15,571 nucleotides of DNA from contig CAYJVT010000019.1 in assembly GCA_964373695.1 (NCBI GenBank), forward strand, positions 1 through 15,571. The letters run 5' to 3'. Positions 1 to 5,976 of the stretch are shown here, piece after piece. The notes below the pieces were generated by a model. It ran no database searches, was not told the DNA's origin, and saw nothing but the letters and a program-made list of their open reading frames with translations. Every line of letters starts with the position of its first letter. Position 1 is the first letter of the stretch. A program made the translations under genes and the position numbers. Source of the DNA: an uncultured archaeon (lineage in GTDB: Archaea; Aenigmatarchaeota; Aenigmatarchaeia; GW2011-AR5).

Positions 1-2
1 AC

Positions 3-668
3 AACATCGCTTTTGGGGCTCTGATAATTTTGGTTTTGATGCTTGTAGCAAATAACTTTCTTATAACGACTGCCTATGCAACTGCCGACACAGCCAGCGT
101 AAACGGCGGCAGCATAAGCATAAAGCCAGGGTTTGAATACGGTTCTAAAGTAACATTGAAGCCTATGCCTCTAGAAACAGGAGAATCTCCGAGATTTCAA
201 GGCTACAGGACAATGGTAAAGCCTTTGCCGACTATCAGCGAACTTTCGCTTTCACCATCAACAGGCGATGTCGTGCAGGATCTTGTCAATAATGTTGTTC
301 CAAGAGGGACGCCATGGTACGGACAGGAAGCAGGTGTCAGCTTTGATGATCCTATACAGGCGCAGCAGCTTTGGGCAAGAGCCAGATCCGTAAAGCTCGA
401 TGGTGCGCAGGAGCAACGATGGAGCAGAATAGTGAATTCCTTTACTTGCGACTACTGCTGCGGGTCTCCACAGAATCCGACCATAATAACGCGCTGTGGC
501 TGCGCGCATTCAGCGGCTGCACAGGGCATGGCGAGATGGTTCATAAAGAATTATGGCGACGAATATTCTGATGAGGAGATATACGGAGAAATGGCACGAT
601 GGTACGCATTATGGTATCCTGGACCTACTGTAAAGAGAATCGCAGAGGAACTGCAGGCTAAAAATTAG
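3..668 (+). CDS. Membrane-anchored/exported Cys-cluster protein (CDYCCG...CGCAH), 5'-truncated by the window edge
   Basis: The frame is open from base 3 (NIAFGALIILVLMLVANNFLI, a hydrophobic anchor), so the TTG at 30 is not necessarily the start. The C-terminal domain is FTCDYCCGSPQNPTIITRCGCAHS. Stop TAG at 666-668. Confidence 0.8.
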   Translation, partial: NIAFGALIILVLMLVANNFLITTAYATADTASVNGGSISIKPGFEYGSKVTLKPMPLETGESPRFQGYRTMVKPLPTISELSLSPSTGDVVQDLVNNVVPRGTPWYGQEAGVSFDDPIQAQQLWARARSVKLDGAQEQRWSRIVNSFTCDYCCGSPQNPTIITRCGCAHSAAAQGMARWFIKNYGDEYSDEEIYGEMARWYALWYPGPTVKRIAEELQAKN

Positions 669-679
669 GTGGTGACTTT

Positions 680-1141
680 ATGGCAAAAAGAAAAAGCAAA
701 ATCAGCGATATCTTGGAAGAACGAAGTTCTTCGAGATCTCAAAGAAGCAAAGCTTCTTTGCATAAAATGTTTGGAATTATGATAGGTGTAGCTTTAACGC
801 TCAGCGCCATATGGATAATCAGTGCAGTATCCGTTTCCTTTGCGCAAGAAGATGTAAGAAATTATATGATGTCAGGCATGATGCCTGTGGCGAATAATCA
901 AGAAATTATGATGAGTGATGCGATGCCCGATAATGAGATGTCAGGGAATATGATGCACTCAATGATGATGGGCGGAAATGGCATGTCGAAATGCATGAAA
1001 ATGATGAATCAGGCTATGGATGACGGTAAAATCACGCAAGAGGAAATGGAAGAAATGATGGGGCAAATGGACAAGGACGGCGACGGGCTATGCGATTATT
1101 GCGGCATGTCTGTTGAGATGTGTAGAAGAATGATGGGTTAA
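680..1141 (+). CDS. Exported Met-rich protein with C-terminal EF-hand-like/CxxC motif; putative Cu(I)/Ag(I)-binding protein
   Basis: GGTGA at 671-675 precedes the ATG. One hydrophobic segment (MFGIMIGVALTLSAIWIISAVSVSFA). About 29 Met in 153 aa by hand count. C-terminus DDGKITQEE...MDKDGDGLCDYCGMSVEMC. Confidence 0.85.
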   Translation: MAKRKSKISDILEERSSSRSQRSKASLHKMFGIMIGVALTLSAIWIISAVSVSFAQEDVRNYMMSGMMPVANNQEIMMSDAMPDNEMSGNMMHSMMMGGNGMSKCMKMMNQAMDDGKITQEEMEEMMGQMDKDGDGLCDYCGMSVEMCRRMMG

Positions 1142-1155
1142 TAGTGGTGATGAAA

Positions 1156-1194
1156 ATGAAAAATAAAAAGCAAAAGAAAGGGGGTTGTTGCTAA
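1156..1194 (+). CDS. Candidate micro-ORF MKNKKQKKGGCC (12 aa; 14 aa if started at ATG 1150)
   Basis: GGTGA at 1146-1150 lies 5 nt before ATG 1156. Its TAA (1192-1194) overlaps the ATG of the next gene (TAATG). It fills the whole intergenic gap. Confidence 0.4.
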   Translation: MKNKKQKKGGCC

Positions 1195-1409
1195 TGGAAA
1201 GAAAAGAACTGCTGATGACGCTGATGATAGGCGTGCTTTTGCTCACAACAGCCATGCAGACAGTTGCATTGGCAGGTATGAACAACGGGCAAGTTTCATT
1301 GAGTGCAAAAAGCGTTGCAAGCAGCCCAACACAAAGCTCGAGCGCGCCGGCAACAAGCGGCTCAACAGGAAGCTTAGCAAACCTGCCGAGCATGGTAGGC
1401 GGCTGTTAG
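1194..1409 (+). CDS. Small exported protein with Ser/Thr/Ala linker ending in LPSMVGGC
   Basis: ATG 1194 is preceded by GGGGGT (1180-1185). Signal-like segment LLMTLMIGVLLLTTAMQTVALA, a low-complexity S/T/A/G linker, and a single terminal Cys. Confidence 0.8.
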   Translation: MERKELLMTLMIGVLLLTTAMQTVALAGMNNGQVSLSAKSVASSPTQSSSAPATSGSTGSLANLPSMVGGC

Positions 1410-1422
1410 CTGAAAAACAGAC

Positions 1423-1443
1423 AGAAGCACCTTCGGTGCTTCT
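1423..1443. repeat. Perfect inverted repeat/hairpin AGAAGCACC-TTC-GGTGCTTCT (9-bp stem, 3-nt loop)
   Basis: Read directly in the 1410-1465 intergenic gap. Confidence 0.8.
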
Positions 1444-1465
1444 ATGCACACATGGTTGATGGTGA

Positions 1466-2860
1466 ATGAGCAAGAAAACATTAGATGTTGTTTTATATAT
1501 TTTTATAGCATCGGCAATTGTAATTTCTGTTTTAAATATTTCACTCATCACAGGCCGTAGCGAAAAAGTCAACGAGGCTATTAGGCTGGCTGAACAGCAG
1601 AATCAGCCTGCTAAACTTGAATTAATAAAGATTGGCGCTTCTTCTTGTCAAAATTGTTTTGATATAAACCCGGTTGCAGAAAACCTCAAGAAAGCTAACG
1701 TTAATGTCACTTCTGAAAGGTCTGTAGATTTTTCATCCGACGAAGCAAAGCAGCTTATCCAACAATATAATATTGAGAAAGTGCCTACAATCATAGTTCT
1801 AGGCGAAGTCAATAAATCCTCTGTTGTCAGTCTTTGGAGCCAGAACTGGCAAGTAGAGATGAAAGACGGCACGCAGGTTTCGGCTGTTTATTCGGCTGCT
1901 GCTTTGCCGTACATGGATGCTTCCGGCAATATTAAGGGGCTTGTTTCCATTACCCATGTGGTGGACGAGTCTTGCCCACAGTGTGCAGATCTTACGCAGG
2001 TAATAAGTTTCTTCAAGCAGCAAAGCGTAAAGTTCTCAGGCGAAAAAACAATTGATTACACATCTTCAGAGGCCAAAGGTCTGATATCTAAGTTCGGAAT
2101 CCAGAAAGTCCCTGCACTGATCATTTCTAAGGATATCCTGGATTATCCAGCTATATCGCAAGTATGGAGCCAGTTAAACGCGACCGAGAAGCAGGGCTTC
2201 TACGCGCTGCATACTACTGTGCCGCCATACAGGGATTTGGCAACAAATAAAATAGAAGGTTTGGTGTCAGTAATATATCTTAATGATAGTACATGCTCAA
2301 GCTGCTACAACGTTCAAGCTAATAAGCAAATATTGGAGAGAAACTTCGGTTTAGTACTTGTAAACGAAACTACTGTTGATATAAGTTCGGATTCTGGAAA
2401 AGCGCTCATAAAACAATATAATATCACTAATGTTCCAATTATGCTTGCTTCTCCAGAAGCCAGCCTTTATGTAGCACTTGTTCAAGCATGGGCTCAAGTC
2501 GGCAATGTTTCTAGTGACGGATGGTTTGTGATGAGGAGCCCAGAAATTTTAGGAACGTACAAGGATTTGAGCAAAGGAGTTGTGGTAAATCAAATAACAG
2601 TATATGGCGGTGAATTTGAATTCCAGCCGAATTCAATTCAAGTTAAGAAGGGCGAGACCGTTCGCTTAACTTTCATAAACGCTGGAACGGTTGAACATGA
2701 TCTTGTTATAGACGAGCTAAATGTTAGAACCCAACGCTTGCAGCCACGCGCGGCAGAAACCATAGAGTTCATTGCGGATAAAACAGGAACATTTTCATTC
2801 TATTGCTCTGTAGAAGGACACAGGCAGCAGGGCATGGAAGGGAAGTTTACTATAAGCTAG
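1466..2860 (+). CDS. Membrane-anchored protein with three thioredoxin/glutaredoxin-like CxxC repeats and a C-terminal type-1 copper cupredoxin domain
   Basis: N-terminal TM segment. CxxC at C61-C64, C170-C173 and C277-C280, each followed about 45 aa later by a (K/N)VP cis-Pro-type motif (P107, P216, P324). The C-terminal domain has the cupredoxin pattern FEFQPNSIQVKKGETVRLTFIN...H411...C447xxxxH452xxxxM457. Confidence 0.9.
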   Translation: MSKKTLDVVLYIFIASAIVISVLNISLITGRSEKVNEAIRLAEQQNQPAKLELIKIGASSCQNCFDINPVAENLKKANVNVTSERSVDFSSDEAKQLIQQYNIEKVPTIIVLGEVNKSSVVSLWSQNWQVEMKDGTQVSAVYSAAALPYMDASGNIKGLVSITHVVDESCPQCADLTQVISFFKQQSVKFSGEKTIDYTSSEAKGLISKFGIQKVPALIISKDILDYPAISQVWSQLNATEKQGFYALHTTVPPYRDLATNKIEGLVSVIYLNDSTCSSCYNVQANKQILERNFGLVLVNETTVDISSDSGKALIKQYNITNVPIMLASPEASLYVALVQAWAQVGNVSSDGWFVMRSPEILGTYKDLSKGVVVNQITVYGGEFEFQPNSIQVKKGETVRLTFINAGTVEHDLVIDELNVRTQRLQPRAAETIEFIADKTGTFSFYCSVEGHRQQGMEGKFTIS

Positions 2861-2868
2861 GTGACGAA

Positions 2869-3351
2869 ATGAATGGAACAAGTGAGAGAAATATTCTATT
2901 GTTCGGACTTGTGGGTTTAATTCTTATCATTGCTGCTGGTATTGCTTATGTGCAATGGTTCCAAAAACCAGCAGATTTGCAGGCTTACAGTACACCGTCT
3001 CCGGAAGAAGTTGTAAGGCAGTATTTTGAGTCGTGGAACAACAAAGACTGGCCGAATATGTATGCAACGCTGTCGGACGGCTTCAAAAAGATAGACCCTG
3101 ATGCAAAGGATATGGCAACATTCAGGAGTTTCGCAAGCTCACAAGGCATAGAAGGCGTTAATATGTTGAGCATAAAAGAAACTTCAAATGACGGAACAAC
3201 AGCAAGCGTGGATTATTCTGTTGAATTTATTTTGGGTGACGGAAGCACAAGGCCTTTCAGCGGCAGCTTCACGCTGAAATTCAGGCAGGGGGACATAATT
3301 CCGGGGTGGAAAATGATACACCCTTACGGGCCTAATGTCGATACTTCGTAG
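2869..3351 (+). CDS. Membrane-anchored NTF2/SnoaL-like fold protein
   Basis: ATG 2869 follows GGTGA (2860-2864); the ORF-track extension to 2803 overlaps the previous gene. TM segment ILLFGLVGLILIIAAGIAYV, then SPEEVVRQYFESWNNKDWPNMYATLS, typical of the start of NTF2-like domains. Confidence 0.75.
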   Translation: MNGTSERNILLFGLVGLILIIAAGIAYVQWFQKPADLQAYSTPSPEEVVRQYFESWNNKDWPNMYATLSDGFKKIDPDAKDMATFRSFASSQGIEGVNMLSIKETSNDGTTASVDYSVEFILGDGSTRPFSGSFTLKFRQGDIIPGWKMIHPYGPNVDTS

Positions 3352-3867
3352 GTGATTATAATTAAGAAAAAATTAACGAAACAAAAACTGAAAGCGCGGT
3401 CAATTATTATAGGCAGCATAGCAGCTTTCTCAATTTTTGCCGCATTCGGAATCGTTACAGTGCTTCTGCCAAACGAGTTCTTTATCAGAATGACTCCGGT
3501 ATACGTCTATGATTACATATTTCTTGTTATGACGTCTATACTTTCTGGCGCTTACATAGGATTGTGGTACTACACAAAAAAGACGCAGACGAAGTGCAAT
3601 TACGCAGCAACAGGCGGAGCCGTCGGCGGCTTCTTATCTTTCGGCTGCGCAATCTGCAACAAGCTTCTGATTCTTTTGCTGGGCGTAACTGGTGTTGTAG
3701 CGTATTTCATGCCGATACAACCGATACTCGGTGTTGTTAGCGTGGCTTTGCTTGCCTATGCAGTCTATATGCAATCAAAGACTTTGTTGTCGAGAGGCAG
3801 GATTCATTGCCATACAGCAGAGCACCTCGAATCTGGCATGATGGCTACCTTTACTGTAAATAATTAA
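3352..3867 (+). CDS. Multi-pass membrane protein with an intramembrane CxxC (GCAICNK), MerT-like arrangement
   Basis: About four hydrophobic segments, the motif GGAVGGFLSFGCAICNKLLILLLG, and a C-terminal HCHTAEH. The start codon is uncertain (GTG 3352 or downstream). Confidence 0.8.
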   Translation: MIIIKKKLTKQKLKARSIIIGSIAAFSIFAAFGIVTVLLPNEFFIRMTPVYVYDYIFLVMTSILSGAYIGLWYYTKKTQTKCNYAATGGAVGGFLSFGCAICNKLLILLLGVTGVVAYFMPIQPILGVVSVALLAYAVYMQSKTLLSRGRIHCHTAEHLESGMMATFTVNN

Positions 3868-3882
3868 TGATGGTGGAAAATT

Positions 3883-4635
3883 ATGGACAATACAGAAAAA
3901 TTTGCATTTGGGTTCTTGGGCATAGCTGCAATAATTGCTATATTTGCAATGCTCTCTGCATTCAACATAATTACACTGGGTACGAGTCAAGCAGCTTCTA
4001 CTACCACCCAAAATGTGATGGGTCAGCGCTTGACAAGAATGAGTCTAACGTCTTTTGATGCGGCACTGGCAAAGCAATTCATGGACAAGGACGGCGATGG
4101 CAGGTGTGATGTGTGTGGCATGGACGTGCAGATTTGCATGGACAGCGGCCAGATTCAATGCAATATGGATTCCAAGTCAACAATTGGTATTCTTGGCTCG
4201 CAACATATACATGCAGACTGGAAAGTATATATAAATGGCAAGGCACTGGACGACAGCTTCTTAGACTCTTTGGCTATGGACATGTCAAAAATGGACAACA
4301 AATTGACAAGCAGCTTCATACATCTTGACAAGGGCGCCCCCGCCCCAGAAAAGACAGGAGATTTGCTGCATATGCACGCAATCGGCGTTCCTCTATGGAT
4401 ATTCTTCAAAAGTGTTGGCATGGATTTCAGCAAGGACTGCTTGACACTAACTTCTGGCGAGAAATTCTGCAATGATGGTCAAAGAACCTTGAAATTCTAT
4501 GTAAACGGCAAGCCGAATAATGAATGGGAAAATTACGTGTTCAACGACTTGGATAAAATCCTGGTCTCATATGGGGATGAAACCGACTTAAGCCAGCAAT
4601 TAGGTTCAAAAACAGATTTTGCAAAGAATCATTGA
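3883..4635 (+). CDS. Membrane-anchored protein with a DKDGDG-CxxC module and a His-rich (HxH) C-terminal domain
   Basis: N-terminal TM segment. MDKDGDGRCDVCGMDVQIC at aa 67-85. His at 108, 110, 147, 163 and 165. C-terminal FCND...LKFYVNG...WENY..ND.DKI is shared with 5977..6621. Confidence 0.85.
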   Translation: MDNTEKFAFGFLGIAAIIAIFAMLSAFNIITLGTSQAASTTTQNVMGQRLTRMSLTSFDAALAKQFMDKDGDGRCDVCGMDVQICMDSGQIQCNMDSKSTIGILGSQHIHADWKVYINGKALDDSFLDSLAMDMSKMDNKLTSSFIHLDKGAPAPEKTGDLLHMHAIGVPLWIFFKSVGMDFSKDCLTLTSGEKFCNDGQRTLKFYVNGKPNNEWENYVFNDLDKILVSYGDETDLSQQLGSKTDFAKNH

Positions 4636-4641
4636 TATTTC

Positions 4642-4866
4642 ATGAAAAGGAAAAATAATAGCAAAGCAGTCGTAATGATTGTATCAGGAACAGCACTGGT
4701 ACTGGTTGTTTCATTGACAGAGGGCTTTGCGAATGCCGCGGCAAACGCATTCAACCACATAATAAAAGACTTTACGTCAGAGCTGCCCGTGCATGCATAT
4801 ATCGCAGGCGCTATTCTTAGCATTCGGACTGTATACTCGTGCAAGGAGGAATTGTGGTCACGATGA
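4642..4866 (+). CDS. Small hypothetical membrane protein (74 aa)
   Basis: Starts 6 nt after the previous stop and has two hydrophobic stretches. Its TGA overlaps the next gene's ATG (ATGA at 4863-4866). Confidence 0.6.
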   Translation: MKRKNNSKAVVMIVSGTALVLVVSLTEGFANAAANAFNHIIKDFTSELPVHAYIAGAILSIRTVYSCKEELWSR

Positions 4867-5330
4867 AAAGAAAGCTTTCAGGAAAAAATAGTAAGATTCA
4901 TAAAGAAAAATTCCTTAGCCTGTTTAGCGGGTTTTCTGGTATCTTGAGCTTTCTGGGTGGATGGCAGATTTGCCATAATTTATGCCTAGGCATTATAGCC
5001 CTGTTGTCAATGATAGGCATAGCAGTAGTTGGCATGCCTTTGCTGTTTTTGACGCAATACGCTGTATACTTCTGGTCAATAGCAGTATTGCTGTTGATGC
5101 CGACTCTCGTTATTTACTGGAAAAACAGAAGATGCATGTCTAATAAGCTCATTCTATTTAATATGGGCATAGTGATTGTCAGTGTGCCTTTTGCTCAGCT
5201 GCAGGCTTACCAGATTGCATTCTGGGTTGTCGGGGGAATTTTGATTGCGGGCTCTGTATGGATGTTTACAAGGCACAGATTTCAGAGAAACAATAAAAAT
5301 CTGGCTTCCGGTGCTATTTTAGTGCCTTGA
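4863..5330 (+). CDS. Multi-pass membrane protein with a CHxxC motif in the first helix region (MerC-like arrangement)
   Basis: ATG 4863 is coupled to the upstream stop. Motif GGWQICHNLCLGII, about 4-5 hydrophobic segments and an extra loop Cys (RRCMS). Confidence 0.8.
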   Translation: MKRKLSGKNSKIHKEKFLSLFSGFSGILSFLGGWQICHNLCLGIIALLSMIGIAVVGMPLLFLTQYAVYFWSIAVLLLMPTLVIYWKNRRCMSNKLILFNMGIVIVSVPFAQLQAYQIAFWVVGGILIAGSVWMFTRHRFQRNNKNLASGAILVP

Positions 5331-5448
5331 CTAAGAGCCTCCGCGCTTCCGGCGTCAATGAATTTTTCAGGTCCTTTGTGCATATGCAGATGCAGCAGTC
5401 GCACGCAGGGCAGACTCCGCCAGTGCAGCACGGTTTTTTTCTTGCCAT
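5314..5448 (-). CDS. Cys-rich metallothionein-like small protein, 44 aa: MARKKPCCTGGVCPACDCCICICTKDLKNSLTPEARRLLVKALK
   Basis: Translated by hand on the minus strand. ATG at 5448-5446, GGAGG 7 nt upstream (5460-5456), TAG at 5316-5314. Eight Cys lie in residues 7-23. It fills an otherwise empty gap and is below the ORF-track length cutoff. Confidence 0.75.
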   Translation of the reverse strand: MARKKPCCTGGVCPACDCCICICTKDLKNSLTPEARRLLVKALK

Positions 5449-5473
5449 AACATCGCCTCCATTTTAATAGTTT

Positions 5474-5497
5474 CTTCTGTATACTAATTGACAGAAG
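5474..5497. promoter_or_regulatory. Inverted repeat CTTCTGT-N10-ACAGAAG; candidate operator in the divergent promoter region
   Basis: Perfect 7-bp arms between the divergent starts at 5448 (-) and 5521 (+). Flanked by AT-rich TATA-like tracts at 5462-5469 and 5501-5507. Confidence 0.5.
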
Positions 5498-5520
5498 CGG
5501 AATTTAAGGTGGGCAGTTTC

Positions 5521-5895
5521 ATGGCAGAAACCAGTTTACGCGTAGTAACCAACGGAGAAAAATGCAGAATGAAGGGCAGCGGCTACTGCCCGAAGCCTCT
5601 GGAGCAGGCGGCAGTTTTCTTGAATAAAAAGTGGGCGCTTAGCATTATAGTGACAATCGGCAATTTCGGCAACTTGAGATTCAACGACCTTCTGGGAAGA
5701 ATTGAAGGCATTACGCAGAAAACATTATCAGAAAGATTGAAAGAGCTTGAGCGATATAACTTGGTAGCCAGGCAAGCTTTTTCAGAAAGACCGCCGCGCG
5801 TAGAATATTCGCTGACAAAAAATGGCCATAGATTTAGAAAGGCTGTTTTGCCGCTGCTGAAGCTTGCAGAATCCCAGACCTTTATTAAAAATTAA
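5521..5895 (+). CDS. HxlR-family (MarR/DUF24-type) winged-helix transcriptional regulator with N-terminal Cys
   Basis: YCP...KKWALSII...LRFNDL...GITQKTLSERLKELE...PPRVEYSLT is the HxlR-family signature. ATG 5521 (GGTG upstream) is preferred over TTG 5488. Confidence 0.92.
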   Translation: MAETSLRVVTNGEKCRMKGSGYCPKPLEQAAVFLNKKWALSIIVTIGNFGNLRFNDLLGRIEGITQKTLSERLKELERYNLVARQAFSERPPRVEYSLTKNGHRFRKAVLPLLKLAESQTFIKN

Positions 5896-5909
5896 GGTAT
5901 ACAAACTCT

Positions 5910-5924
5910 GTAAAAGTTTTATAT
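5910..5924 (+). promoter_or_regulatory. Candidate archaeal BRE/TATA promoter (GTAAAAG-TTTTATAT) for the 5977 gene
   Basis: Purine-rich run immediately followed by a TTTTATAT box, upstream of a GGTGA RBS at 5967-5971. Confidence 0.4.
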
Positions 5925-5976
5925 TAATCGGAATACACGGTAAGAAATGGAATCTATAAAGAGGTTGGTGATTTAA

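Noticed and set aside
440-520. c-type cytochrome heme-binding motif
   Set aside because: The sequences are CDYCCG and CGCAH (CxCxH); there is no CxxCH here, and I saw none in the other called proteins.
2803-2868. ORF-track N-terminal extensions (2803, and likewise 4839, 5488, 9203 and 10098)
   Set aside because: Each overlaps a neighbouring gene or regulatory element, whereas a downstream ATG has RBS, TATA or stop-start coupling support.
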